The position numbers and the translations under genes were made by a program. 64,000 nt of DNA. It comes from Raillietiella orientalis. Its lineage: Eukaryota. Under the pieces are notes generated by a model. It saw only the letters and a list, made by a program, of their open reading frames with translations, did no database searches and was not told where the DNA came from. The DNA is taken from contig JAYWIR010000008.1 in assembly GCA_036172245.1 (NCBI GenBank), positions 372,001-436,000 of the forward strand, written 5' to 3'. How positions within the stretch are numbered: position 1 is the stretch's first letter; the number at the start of each line of letters is the position of its first letter. Positions 12,795-25,840 of the stretch are shown piece after piece.

Positions 12795-13672
12795 TTTTCA
12801 CCAGGGTGCGTCGGGGGGTTTACTTCGAAAGCAAACGTATATTACGAGAACCACGCACAATTTATTGGAGACCTGCCGGGTCACCGGTCCACCGCGGCAG
12901 CAGAGCGGAGGGGGCGAAAAGAAAAAAAAAAAAAAGAAAAAAAAAAAATGAAAAAGAAATACACTTTGGGGAGGTGCGGGAAGGGACCACTGTCTGCTGG
13001 TGGCCGTCCGGTCCATCCTCTCCAAGATATCGGCAAGGTCTTGCTGCATGTTATTTTCCAGGTGGGGCCACCTCGTTGCCATCCTGATGAATTGGACGGC
13101 GGAGCGGATGGCGTCCCTATTGCTGGATCCTACCGATCTCCATCTGGGACCTACTCGGATGGAACTTGCCGGCATCCTGGAAAGGATGTAGAGGACGGCC
13201 TGCAGTGAAACGTGATCCCTTTCCCAGCCCTCCCTGTTTTTGTAAATAGCGTTTTCTTTATTTTTATTTTTGTTTGCCCTCTCCCCTCCACTGCCGAGTC
13301 GAACCTCACCGGCCTGCGTGCCGGTGCCTCGGCAAGTTCCGAACTCTTTCGGACGTTGTAGAGCCTGTGGCCCTACGCATGTTTGTTTGTTTTAAAGCAA
13401 ACGCCCCGGCGCACCCGGGGTGTCAAAACAGCGCTGACTCCTGCCACTTCAAGGGGAGGGGGCGGGTGTCCATGAGCACCGGGGGCCACTTCCGATGTTG
13501 CAGCAGCTCGCCGCAGCGCAAGAGTCCGTGGAGCGGTGTACTCGCGGTCGCAGCGTCGGTGAGCTCGCCCAGTCCTTTCTCCCTTCCGGAGATGTTCACC
13601 GTAACTTGCCATTTCGCCGCGGTGCTGCTGCTCGGGTGTTCCCCTGCGGGAGGGCAGCGCTGCGGCGAGGGG
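12795..13672 (-). mobile_element. 5'-truncated L1/Tx1-type copy whose middle is replaced by another fragment
   Basis: LTDAATASTPLHGLLRCGELL...PLKWQESALF (13430-13620) and FIRMATRWPHL...ILERM (13010-13135); terminus CCCCGACGCACCCTGGTGAAAA; TSD CGAAAGGTCTTCGA (12781-12794) / CGAAAGATCTTCGA (13673-13686). Confidence 0.85.
13137..13428 (+). mobile_element. Short 3'-end fragment of L1/Tx1-type element
   Basis: HLGPTRMELAGILERM*, GTGATCCC, hairpins, AAACGCCCCGGCGCACCCGGGGTGTCAAAA. Confidence 0.85.
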
Positions 13673-16600
13673 CGAAAGATCTTCGACGGCGGTGTTTCCG
13701 AGGCGCCGCGCTTCGCGAGCACAACGAGCGCCGCCTCCGACGGGGTCTGACCGCGGACGTCACCGAATGTTCTACACAGCAGCACTGAACGAAAAAAGAG
13801 CGTGTGGCTTCACGCGCGCGCAAAACCAAAGGGTAGACTGGAGAAGCGAGGGCTTCTAAGCATCGAGGTGCCTCCTCCGCTTGTACCTGCAAATATTAGA
13901 AATGGCTGATTACCAAGGAATTTCCGCGAAACAGGCTAGGTGTTCCCATTCCAGAGTGTGCCTTCCTCCTTGCTGGAATACAAGCGTCAACGAATCACTG
14001 ATCGGTTGGGAGCTGGAAGCATCGAAGAGCGATTCCCTGAAGACGAGATGATCGCATCTTAACAGTATCTGGAGCCGATCTCACATCGAGTTGGTCCTGG
14101 TTTCTATTTGCAGCTCCCGAGAGCATGCGACCACCCCAGGGAATATTCTCATGGGTCGATGAATACCGCAGCTAACTGCGCGCCGCAACGTGAGTTGCTG
14201 GGAATATTCTTAGAATATTAGCGTGTTTATTCTTTGTGTCCGCAAAGGACAGGTGTCCATACACTGCTGACGCTCCTCGAACCTATTCGGTGCATTTGAA
14301 GAACACCCCGCGTGAGGATGCTTGCCTCGGCGAGGATGGGGTGTGCGCGTCGTGCTTCTTTACCTCTTCACCCGGGGCTGCAGCGGCCAAGCCCGAGGTC
14401 CGAGTCCTCTCGAACTGGGCGATGGGGGCGTCGAAATTTTTCCCCGGATGGTCGTCAGCTTGGCGCGGGGCCTGAGAAACGCGTTGTGCCATTTCTGGTG
14501 TTTTCGGGTCTTGGCGGAAACGAAATGGCAGGAAATCAGCTGTTGTATTTTATGACTCTGAATCAAGAAACTTCCTTTTTTTTTTTTTTTTTTTTTTTAT
14601 GGACGCTGAATCTTTCAGGTGAGGAAGATTTTCCAATCTGCCGGGGCTAAAAGTCGAGCACGTCTTCTAATGGAATGAAGGCGGATGTGGATGGGGAGCG
14701 CACCGCCTGCCTCTCGAATCTGGGCGACGCAGACCCACGGGAATCGGCTGCGTGCGACGCCTGACGTCTTCTCGGAAGACCACGCGGGCACCGTTCCGGG
14801 ATTACCACGGCACACCTCGTGAACTTTTGTTTATTTTTGGTGCGCGCCTGCTCGTCCTTCGCGTGCAAAGAGCGACGGGTCGTCAACTCCGGCAGTTCCG
14901 ACTAATCACGCATTTTCAATTTCAAAATTACAGTCCGAAGTGACTGGCCGGTGATTACGGGGAGAAGAAGAAGGAAAAAAAATGGAAATTTCCGAGCAGC
15001 ATTAGAAAGTACATACCGGAGGATTCAACTTATCTAGGAAATGGATGCCCGTATTCCCCTAGGGTTGCGAAAGCGTGAGCTGCTTGCTTGCTAGTGAGGA
15101 GCGGCGTTCACGTTTCGAGCTTTCCTGGCTATGAATCGGCAAACACCAATAAGCGACGCAGTGTTTCTGTGGCACCTTCGAAAAAGGAAGACAGAGTGCT
15201 TCTTGCTGCAACATCTTCTTGCGGCGTTCCAAGAAAGCGGAGGCGCCTTCCATGGAGAAAACGAGCGGTCCTTCGAGGGGCGCTGAAAACCCGACCCGCG
15301 AAGACGTTCTTCGCGCGTCGGAGGGAACGGGATGACCGGAAGCTTACCGTCTCTCGCAGATGCGCCGCGCTGAAGCAGATGTGCGAGACGAACGCCGTAA
15401 GGATGGTCACTGGAATTTCTGTTGGACAGGCACGCTTTCGTGCGCGTGTGCGAGTCGTCGTCAGAGGGAAGAGGAGCCGTTGTTCGCGTACAACGACCAC
15501 GCTGAGGGTGAGCTCTTCTCTTTGCGAGGGCTCGAGTGGATCGCCCCTATGGAAAAACCCCCGTGCGAGACGAAGTGGGTCCAGGAGTGCTCCGGGTGCC
15601 TGAACGCTGGTGGCGGTTACCGCGCGAGAGCAACGTATCCAGGACCAAGAACCGTTTCCGAAACGAGGAGGAGGAGAATGCTTCCAAACTTTCACCTAGT
15701 AGCTCGAAACAAGTGCTCGCGATCTCAGGAGAAATCGCTTTCCACGTAGCATGGGTCCGATAGTCGGGAAAGGTCCATCCCCGAGAAAAGGATGGCGCGT
15801 TCGAATGGGCTCCGTTCAAACCGCCTTGGCACCGCAAGTCGCCTGCTTGAACCCATCGGCCTGAAGCCAGCACCTATAATGCATGCAAGCTGGTCAAAGC
15901 CACGGTGGCACCGAAACCCCTACGCGATCGACCCACCGAACTGCAGGCATTCGATTACGTGCAAAGGGGGGCGAAGGGAGCGCCCGGCACGTTCAGCAGC
16001 GTACGGGGGAACTTGGTCCACTGCGCGCAGATTCAGTGAATACCTCAGCTTCCTCCCAGATAAGCATCATGATCTGCTGCTCAAGATCCAACGCGCTGAA
16101 ATAAAATCGCCGGGTAATAAATAAACAGCCAGCGTCGAATTCTCCTTTCGCTTTTGTTTCAGTTTCCAGCGATCCTCCCCGCAACGGGAGCTGCAGCGTT
16201 GTGGAGGTGATTCGGCACCGAACTCCCGAAAGCACTTCGAACTGAATCAATTAAGGTAATACCTATCTTACTACAAGGAAGTGCTGACCGTAGAGGGCCC
16301 AATTTACTGCAATCCGTATTCTAAAGCGCGTGAGTTATTGGGTGCACTTATCTCGTCCGGCGGAAATTGGTTCCGATGCTGCGATGGCATCCATTCTCCG
16401 TCAGTCTGCGGTTTCTGGTCAGCTGATGAGTTTTTGAGAACATCTTGGCTGCATCTTTAATGACGCTCCTGTCAGGGGGACGTCTGTTTGTTTTCCTACG
16501 GTTGCGAAACGTCGAGTGGCTAATTAAAAGCGAATCCGGTCAGGTCTTGCGGAAGAAAATGTTTTTATTGAACACCCTCTGTGAAAGTTGGCAAACTGGA

Positions 16601-18108
16601 AAGTGGGGTTCGAGGGGATCACCGCACACGCCACTGGGCTGCGAAAAAATTCCTGTGGAAATGTTACGGCCGGCGGCGTCGGCATGAGGAATACGAAGTT
16701 GCGAGGAGATGTGCGCCTGCCGCATGGGGACCGGATGGCGTGCCCCCACGATGATCGAACGGACCCGGTCTCCGGCGGACGATGCTCCCGCCACCCGTTT
16801 CCAAGGTGGTCGCCAAGGAACGCACGAGCGCGCGCGTTCGCAGGACCTGGATGGGGGCGAGCCGGAAGGGCGGATTTCACGCCCTCGAGGAAAAGAGCGA
16901 GTTGCAGCCGCGGCTCCCGGAAGGCGGCATCTACAGGAAGAGATGCGCGGGCGACCACGTGGCTGACCGATTCGAAAAAGTGAGCGGCCGGCTCAGTGGC
17001 AACCCTTGGTTTCGACAGGGAATTTCCTGGCGTTTTTCTTGCTCGCGTGGAAGAGGCGCGCTCAGGCTTACTCACTGGTAGGTACCCTGTCATTTCACGA
17101 CGACATTCCCACGGATGTTTTTTATTTTTAACAGTCAGGCCAATCGAAGGAGCGGATTCCACTCCCTGTCTTCCTTCTTTTGGTATTTTTGCTCTGGAAC
17201 ACTTACGAACAGTGTTTCGTCTGATGTTGGCAGAGAAACACCTGACCAGAAATACCCCCCTTCAGCAAAATTCGACAAGTAACTTTTTTTTTATCAGAGG
17301 ATCGAATTTCCGCTTGCCGTGGAAATCAAGGACAAGGGAGAAAATTGCAGGAAGCAGAGCGGAATCCGGGAGAATTCCTGATCCCTGTTCAAATCCTCAT
17401 CGAAGTCCGGCTCTGGGATGGCTCGAAGAGGTGGGTCTCTCCAGCACAAATCTGTTGTTCCGGAGCAGCAAGTTACTTACTTATTTCTTATTTGTTTACT
17501 TTGTAGAGGTGGGCGGGTGGGGTGGACAATCAGTACTTCCCGCTAGCATCCCTTTCCTCGTTTCGTGCCGGCGTGAACCAGGAAAGCTCATCACACACAC
17601 AGCTCCGGCGAGAGGGTGCAACGCGGCGGGGGCGACCACAGCTCGCGCGGCGAGAGGGCCGAAAGTTCGGCTGCCATGGAGACGAGCCAGACGGTTAGAC
17701 AAGCCACCCCACTCTACATGCTCATAGCTAAGGCAGTCGGGTTTCGCGCCCCCTCCTCCGTTCTCCCCTCACCGAACATTCCCATTTGGGACAGATGGAT
17801 TCGAGAAGGAATAGGTACGATGAGGTCAACGTCCTCTGTCCCTTTTATGCTGTTTAGGAACCGTTTGCATCGGATGCCTTCATTGTACCCCGTTTTCTTG
17901 CACAGGCGAGTCTTTTCCTTCCTTTGCCCCTGTCGTTGCGTTGTGCTTATGGCGAGGATCAGTTAGATGCTGGCTGGGGGATTACCGCTTCAACTAGTCA
18001 CCAGATAGTTCCTCCGTTCTGCCATTGCTAAGACTGCTTGCAAAACAGAATCAGCAGCTAATCCATCGCTTCAGACACCCCTGCCGCAACGCGGACAAGA
18101 GCCCTGGA

Positions 18109-19201
18109 TTTTCACCCGGGTGCGCCGGGGCGTTTATTATAAAAATAAACAAAATGTAGAGCCATCGGCCCTACAACGTCCGAAAGAGTTCGGAAGCTGC
18201 CGAGTAACCGGTACGCAGGCCGGCGAGGTCTGCCACGGCATCAGAGCAGATGGGCCAAACAAAAAGAAAAAAAAAAGCGAAAACTAAAATAGAATAAACA
18301 AATTTAGGGCTGGAGAGGGTGGGAAGGGATCACTGTCTTCTGAATGCGGTCGTCTGCATCCTTTGTAGGATGCCGATAATGTCTTGCTGGCTGTGCAAGT
18401 GAAGCCATCTCGTTGCCCTCACCACGAAGCGGACGGAATGTGACACCTCTGTCGCTGTACCCTGCTCTTCCGTTGCTACAGGCAGCGACCATCCCACGTA
18501 GGCAGCAGAGACCTGCTAGCGAGACTGATGGAAGAACGGCGTTGTGTACGGGTGGGGGGTCTCAAAGCGTCCCTGGAGTTGCCGTAGGGGGGTCCTAGGG
18601 TCGCGTTGCAGCTACCCCAAGGGGTCGGAGGGCAACACAGTCCACTAAGAGGTGCAAGATGGTTTCCCGTTCCCCGCATCCGGCACAGTTCGGGTCCACA
18701 CACACACCCGGGGCCAGGAATGTCGGCGGGCGTTGCACTGGAGACCTCGGTGCAGCAGCAGCAGCGTCGACTCCTGCCGCTTTAACGGGAGGGTGCGTGT
18801 GTCCAAGAGCACTCGGGACCATCGTAGATTTTCCTCCAGAATATCACCAGAACTGTTGCGCTGTGGCAGCTCACCACAGCGCAACAGTTCTCGAAATGGG
18901 ACACCTGGAATCACAGCGTCCACAAACGGACCCGTCGCCCACTCTCCCAGTCCTCCTCTCCTGCCAGGGATTCCCATTGAAACCCCCCATCTATCCGGAA
19001 GGCTGCTGCCCTAATGTCTCCACAGGGACGGCAGGGAGATTCTCCCTGCCACGCGCCTTTCCCGGGATCTTGGAGGATCTCCCGCAGCCAGCGGTTGTTG
19101 CAGGGCCCGTAAAAGTAAGGGCTGCGCTCGTTCCGGGCATCGCTCCCGGTACCTCGCCCACGCGCCGACGGATCCCCACAACCGGGCGCCAACGTTCGCG
19201 G
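18109..19201 (-). mobile_element. 5'-truncated, decayed L1/Tx1-type copy
   Basis: LREILQDP, TLPLKRQESTLLLLH, DPNCAGCGERETILHLLVDC; terminus AATAAACGCCCCGGCGCACCCGGGTGAAAA; degenerate TSD 18093-18108 / 19202-19217. Confidence 0.9.
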
Positions 19202-19699
19202 GGACGAGCACCCTGGAGGTCCCTCGAACTCTTGCCGTTCCCTACGCATTGGTACGCTTGGCGAAAACGCTGCGCCCCTTTGCTTCGATGACTGCTCACC
19301 CTTTCAACGTCACCGTCGCCCCGCGAGCGGATTGGCTGCGCGGATCCGCTCTGCCGCTTGCGCAGCGCCGGGCGCGATGTCGTGCGATTTATTTATGTTT
19401 TATTGTTTTCCTTGCGGATTGAAAGGGGAAAGCGGATGCGGGCTGCGCGGAAGATTTGAAGCGTTCCTCGGCGAGCAGCAGCTCTTTCAGCAGAGCATCT
19501 CCAGCGCCTCCGAGCTTTGGGGACCGTGCGAGCTGCCTTTCCGAGTCCGTGGAGACGAGCCTCTTCCTCCGCGAAGACGCACCGGCTGGGAACATTCAAC
19601 TTCCGTCTGCCTCGTCACCCATGACGACGCGATCCACCCCAGCTTCGGAGCTGCCACTCGCGGTGGGGATCCATGGATTTCGTCCGGATCCACGGGATG

Positions 19700-20045
19700 C
19701 GCCAAGTCGGCTCAGCGGGGAATGAGCGCTACCCGCTTTCCTTGCATGGCCTGCGATGCAGGGACCCTCGGGGGAGGGGGAGGGAGGAGCCTCGAAAGGG
19801 GGTCGGTCGGTGCTCCTCGATGTCCTGGGAGGACTACGGAGGGTCGACTTCCAGCCCAGCTCAGCCGGCGGGGATGCCACCAGCATCTGCGGCACGCACA
19901 CAGAGAGCCAGCGTCATCTTACGGGGGGACTCGAAACCCACGACGCACCTTCCCGTTTTCGGCGTCGATCCTTCCTTCGGCGGGGATTCGAACCCACGAC
20001 GCTGGGCATCACGCGGACCACGCGCCACCACACGGACTCCGACGC
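19700..20045 (-). repeat. Unidentified repeat with tRNA-like B box (copy of 24870-25380 and 36809-37463)
   Basis: Minus strand GTGGGTTCGAATCCCC...GATCGACGCCGA...TTCGAGTCCCCCCGTAAGATGACG...GAAGTCGACCCTCCG...TCCTCCCAGGA. Confidence 0.6.
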
Positions 20046-20603
20046 GGGCGAGGTCTCCACTCGTGCCAGACAGTGTCCTTTCAGTTCCACGCACGCGCGT
20101 GAGACACTCGAGCGGACTGGTGCGACTCGAGGCGGTGGCGTCCGGCGCTTCGCAAGGCCCTCGAGCCGCGTCGGTTCTTCCGGTTTGCTTGCATCCGCGA
20201 GGAGGTTCGGAACGGGGTTTCTAGATCGACCACCCTCGTGTGGCTATCCACCCGCGCGCTGATTCATCCGGGAATGGCGACGAGCAGTGTGACTCGTAAC
20301 CAGGCGACTTGTAGAGCGGAACCGCGCAGCATCTTCTAACGGGATGGCGAGGGTCGGGGTTGATCGGCGCGCACACGAGGGTCGGAGTCGGTGCCGCCAC
20401 TGCTCTTCAACGATGGACAGGTGGAGACGTCGAAAATGGAAACGATGAAAAAGAGAGGGGAAGGGAAGGAGGGAGAGGAAAAGAGAAAGGGAGCTCCGGA
20501 CCTCCGAAGTCCTCTTCGGCACCGCCAAAGAGTCGGCAGACCAGTCGTTCTCTGTGACGATGGCGCAGCGGCTGTGGCACGCGGGCTGAGTCAGTGCGAT
20601 GGA

Positions 20604-21289
20604 TTCTCACCCGGGTACTCCGGGGACAGTTACTTACAAATTAAATAAACATTTACAAAGATTGTGGTTAAACCCGTGGTACAACCACGTCCTTTTCAGA
20701 TCCAACCTGCCGGATTACCGGTTCGCAGACCGATGCAGTCCATCACGGGAGCGGAGGAAAAGGACCAAACAAAAAGGAAAAAAAAGAAGCGACAAATGGA
20801 ACAAAATAAATAAATTTGAGGAGGAAGAGGGTGGGAAAGGGTCACATCCCGCTGGATGCGGTCCTCTGCATCCTTTGTAGGATGCCGGCAAGGCCTTGCT
20901 GGATATGGCTGTCCAGCTGAAGCCATCTCGTTGCCATCTTCATGAAGCGAACAGCGAAGTGGATGTGGCATCCTGTCGCTGGCTCCTTCTCTGGCATCGC
21001 TCCAGGCAGCGACCATCCCGCGTAGGCAGTGCAGGGATGCTAGCGAGGCTGCCGGCCGAAGGTCGTTGCGTACGTGTGGGGGGATCTCAAAGCGTTCCTA
21101 GAGTTGCTGCCGGGGCTTCCTAGGGTCGCGGCGAAGCGTTTCCAGTGGGGATAGCAACACAGTCTACCAGCAAGTGCGGTAGGGATCTACGTTCCCGGTG
21201 CGATGAGGGCGCGTGGGTGTCTGCCGATGTGGCCGTCGAAGTGTGGTCCTGTCTCGATGTCCACTGGGCTGGCGCAACGACGCGGCGTG
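20604..21289 (-). mobile_element. 5'-truncated, decayed L1/Tx1-type copy
   Basis: RSLPHLLVDC, LRGMVAAWS; terminus CCCCGGAGTACCCGGGTGAGAA; 12/14 TSD TGAGTCAGTGCGAT (20587-20600) / TGAGTCAGAGGGAT (21290-21303). Confidence 0.8.
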
Positions 21290-22099
21290 TGAGTCAGAGG
21301 GATTCATTTGTCCTTTCTCATGTCCCTCCACTTTTTTGTTTTTTTTCGGTCCTCTTTTTAGGTGCGCCAAACACTCGAGGTTCATTGCTTCGCCGCATTG
21401 AAGGTACCCAGTGGCTCAACGAGGCCACCACTTGCAAGGTTATTCCGCTTACGCGCACCCGAGGTGCGGAAGCAGATAGGCTGACCGCGAAGTTTCCCGA
21501 TTCCCGCTGCCGGGTCGACGGGTCACGAGGCTGCGGACGCGAGAGCGCACTGCCGTCTCGGCCCACGCGAAACCCGGAGCCGTCCCAGAGTCATCTCGAG
21601 GGCAGACTCGAAAACTCACCACCCAGCCCGACTGGACGTCGCTCCCCTTCACGGTGAGCCCGCGGCCCTGGTACCGGAACCGTGAGAGAGCCGACCCATC
21701 CGAGTCTCTCGCAAGCCGGGTGATCCAGAAGGGCTTAAGGTTATTTGGACGTAGGGCCGGTCGGTACTCGCCCGACTGTTGCCCAAGGGTTCGTACGAGT
21801 GCGCGGGAGTGGCGCGGTACGAAGCGCTAGAGGCTTCCTTCAGTACATGAAATCCCTCAGCTCGCTCGATCATGAAACGGAGCCGTTTCGCCCACTTCGA
21901 TTTTTTTCCCCTCATCTCCCGCAGCACACTATCGTTCCCGAAACACCGATGAGCCAGCGGTGATCTCGCGATCCGGGATTCGGGTTCTTTCCGGGAGTGG
22001 CAGGGACAAGAAGCGGGTGGCTTTCCCTCTTCTTTCACGCGCCTTCTTGTACGCTCTCGTAGTGCCTTCGAGTGGACAGCATGCGCTTTGCATTGTTTT

Positions 22100-22716
22100 G
22101 CGCATGCGCGCGTGTATGTATTTTTTTACTCCCTTTTCCAAGCGAAAAGCCGAAGCGCACACATCGTCTTTTGCAACATTTGTTGTTTTACCATAATCTT
22201 TGCACTCGTCCGCCTGCAGCATGGAAGGCGGCAGACACGGATGGGAGGGGGAAGAAGGAAGCTGCCAATTCGTTCACCCCGAGGGAATAAAGAACGGAAA
22301 TCGGCTCTCGAAAGAGGCTGTTCAGGAAAGGTTGGACCCTGCAGCAGGCGGACAGAGGGTGGCCCAGGCAGCTCGGTTCTTGCAGCCTGGTCCGGCGACG
22401 ACGTACCAGGAAGAAACGGCGCGCGGCAACCCTTGCTCTCGCCGTCGCACCTTCTTCCGTCACTCCGGCCCTGCTGGTCCCCCTCCACCGCTGAGACGAG
22501 CTCTTCCCTCCTAGCCATCGGCCCGGCAAAACGGCTGACCAAGATGTTTCTCTCTCGCCGGCCGGACTAAGCCCACGGCAGCGTCCGACCGCTCGGATCA
22601 ACCGGAGGTGCACCCGTTCTTGCAGTGCACCAGTGGAGGACACGACCGGGTGCACCACGCCTGCTCCTGTGCCCATCCGCAAGCCGACGGCGCCCTTGCC
22701 GGCCAGCCAGGCGCGT
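22100..22716 (+). repeat. Segmental duplication of 60071-60687 (partial inverted third copy at 35192-35575)
   Basis: Near-identical sequence and ORF translations (e.g. MHSSACSMEGG...). Confidence 0.92.
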
Positions 22717-23271
22717 GCAAGTTTTCCTTTTACGAAAGAAACGTCCCGGCGTGTCCGGATGTCAAACCAAGTCGACCAGCTAGACGGGACGGGGTAAAGG
22801 AAGGCTGCTTGCTCACCCCTTTTGGGAGGCGGGCGCAGTTGCTGTTTCCGTTCGGGAGCACTCCAGTCCTGCAGGTGCGTCGAGGAAAGGGACTGTCCTC
22901 CTGGACGTGCGCACTGCAACCACCAGCCCCAGCATCGTCGCGCGAACATTCCATCGTCGTGTGGGTCCGTCCTAAGCAGCGTGACGATCCCCGTTTCTCG
23001 AGTGGTCAACCAGTGGGGCGCGCTCCGTGTCACTTGTCGCCCTGCTGGGGGGGGACAGGCGTCCGTGCCATACGCGACGTCAATCTTCTGCGATGCGATC
23101 TTCACGCCGTGACTGCAGCTGAGTCGCGCGTGCATCTGATAACTCTAAAACAATTGGCCGGCGGCGGGTGTTTTCGCGTGACCAAACGAAAAGGGCGCCG
23201 ATATGCCTGTCGAGTGGCCGCCGCAGGCAAAAGTCGCTTCTCGGCGTCGGCAGGTGACGGAGTCGGGAACC

Positions 23272-24516
23272 GGGAACGCGGGGAACTACTGTTTAGCATG
23301 CTCTCCGGATGATGCGCCCTCGCACGAACCATGCGATGAGCAAGCACATCAGGGGCGATCTGCACCGAAATGGGGGGGAGGAGACGATCCACCCGTGGTC
23401 GGCTATGGAGGAGACCCACCAATCGCAAAACCGCGCGAATGGTAGTGCCTGGTTGCAGGAAAGCGTACGCACGTCGGCGCAGAACAAGGAAGCGAGCCCG
23501 GAGATGCGGCAGCGACTGCTGCACTCCCTTCTACGCTGCAGGATGCCACCGTGCAGCCCACCACGTGTGGGGGGGGGGGCAAAGACCCTCCCTCGCTGCG
23601 GCACTGCCCTCCTTCAGGGAGCACCCGGGCAGTAACCGGCTGGCTAAATAGGAGGTGAGTTGAGAAAATCAGTCCAGAGACCAGCGGACCAGGTGGATGA
23701 ACCAGGGGACAGCTGAGGGACTCTGCCATATATCCTTCCGTCTCCAAGGTACTCTTGCTGCTGGGATTTCTGCAGGAGGAGCTCGAGAGACCTCCAGAGC
23801 GCTGGAGAACAGCCGGGAAGTCCCTCTGAAGTGGCAAGAGCCGGCATTTCCGGTTTCGAACCGGGCGTATCCGTGCACCGCCCGCCGACCTCACTGGACC
23901 CGGGAGGCAGTAGACCCGAACTGTTGCAGGTGCAGGGAACCGCAATCTCTCCTGCACCTGATAGCTGACTGCGTTGCCCTCTGGCCCCTGTAGTTGCAAT
24001 ACGCAACCGACCTAGGTGCCCTCTTACCAACCAACCCACAGACGTTCCGAAGCACCTCTTCGCGCGCGATGCCCATTCGCCCGCTGCATGCCTAGAAGCA
24101 CCGTGCTGCCTACGCGGGATCCTTGCAGCCTGGACCTTCGCACGTGCATCTGACAAGACGAACGATAGGGGACATCAGCTTCTCCCTAGGCTTCCTGGGG
24201 ACGGCAGTCAGATGGCCCCACCTTACACCCATACTCGGAAGGAACTTACCGGCGCCCTGGAAAGGATGCAGAGCACGCCCTTCAGCTGACACTGATCCGC
24301 TCTCGTGGACCCCAGAGCTTTTTTCTCTTTCTATTTGATTTGCATATCTTTTTCTTTTTCTTTGTTCCCACCCCCTTTGCTGCCTAGGTGAAACTCGCCG
24401 GACTGCCTGCAGCTTACTCGGCAAGTCCCGAACATATTCGAAGGCTGTAAGGCCAATAGCCCTACACTTTGCATGTTTATTTTTATAATAAACACCCTGG
24501 CGAACCTGGGTCAAAA
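23272..24516 (+). mobile_element. 5'-truncated, decayed L1/Tx1-type copy
   Basis: ANGSAWLQESVRT, PLKWQEPAF, CCRCREPQSLLHLIADC; terminus AATAAACACCCTGGCGAACCTGGGTCAAAA; degenerate TSD ACGGAGTCGGGAACC (23257-23271) / ACGGATCGGGAAACC (24517-24531). Confidence 0.88.
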
Positions 24517-24869
24517 ACGGATCGGGAAACCCAAGTTTCCAAAAATTCCTTCTAAGGAAACGAGAACAACCCACGATCGTTCTGGGTCAACTCGCAACAG
24601 CGTGGTCGATCGCACGTTTCCGATTTGAACGCCCCGGTGTTCCTGCAGGCATCCTAAGGGAGGGACTCCGCCCCGCGCACCCAACGGGGTGCCCGCCGAG
24701 ACTCGAAATTTTCCCACCAGGCATGGAACGCATTCCCCGCAAGACGGTCGGATGATGCCCTTTCGTTCCCACCTTTTCCAGTTTCGGAGCAGCAACTGGT
24801 GGGGAGCACGCGCGCTCGCACTTTGAGGAACGCCGTGGGTTTCTCGCAGCCAAGGGAGGAAGGGAGGGC

Positions 24870-25380
24870 GACGCCGCCAATGTTGGCGGCATCTGCGTGG
24901 CTGCGGTCACGGCGGGAGTGGCGGGTTCGAATCCCACCCGGGGAACGATCGACGCCGAGAGTTGGGTGCGCCGCCCGTTTTGAGTCTCCCCGCGAGATGA
25001 CGTCGCGTGGCCCAGAATCGGGGACTGCATCAGCGGAAATCCGCAAACCTTCGTCCTCCCCCGATGAGCGGGCGCATTTCGAAGTGGACCCTCTCCGATG
25101 TCCTTCTTGGAATCCAGGAGACCCTCGGGGCTCCCTTCCGGTTGTAAAAATGGGGCCTCCCCAACCCCTCGGGGCAACCCCATCCATCGCTTGCCATAGA
25201 GCTGGCGGATCCACAACCCCAAACATGAAGAAGGGGGGAGCTGCTGCCTTCGGGGAGGAAACCAGGAGCGGTTCGCTTTCGCATATTCACCGGAGAGAGT
25301 AAGGAAGAGTTGGTTCCCTTAGGGACGTCTCTCTTCGGAGACAACCAGAACGAGGGATCCTTTCCGGGTTCCCTTGCCAA
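24870..25380 (+). repeat. Unidentified repeat with tRNA-like B box
   Basis: GCGGGTTCGAATCCC at ~24924; shares CTTCGGAGACAACCAG and GGATCCTTTCCGGGTTCCCTT with 36809-37463. Confidence 0.6.
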
Positions 25381-25840
25381 GAGCGAGAGCACCTCCTGGA
25401 ACCATAGGCGAACCAGACCGACCGTTTCCAAGGAACGCAAAGGTGGGGCAAAGGGTTGTGTGGCTTGGGAGGATTCTCCTGGTGCAGGAAGCGTCCTGAA
25501 TACCAGAGGACAAGCACCTTCTTTCTGTTTTCAAGTATCCAACTTTGTTGCGCTGGAGCGTGCGTACCTTTTTGGAAAAGAAACGAACCATTCGGGGTTC
25601 CATGCGAGCACACGAGCAAGGAGAAAAGCTCGAAAGGGATAAAGAAGTAAACGAGAAAAGTTTGATATTTGATCGTTTGCAATAGGGAAGGGGCATCGGG
25701 AAAGGATCACAGCGCCTCCCGCGTCGTTCCATTCCTCCTTCGCAAGTGCTGGCGACTGGGCACTCGGCGTTCTCAAATGGAGACAGAACCAACTCGCGGC
25801 CATCCACACGAAGTGAATGGCACCCCCGTCCGTGTGCCCC

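Noticed and set aside
19960..20045. Functional tRNA gene (also ~24900 and ~36811)
   Set aside because: B-box-like motif present, but I could not build a cloverleaf; treated as tRNA-derived repeat
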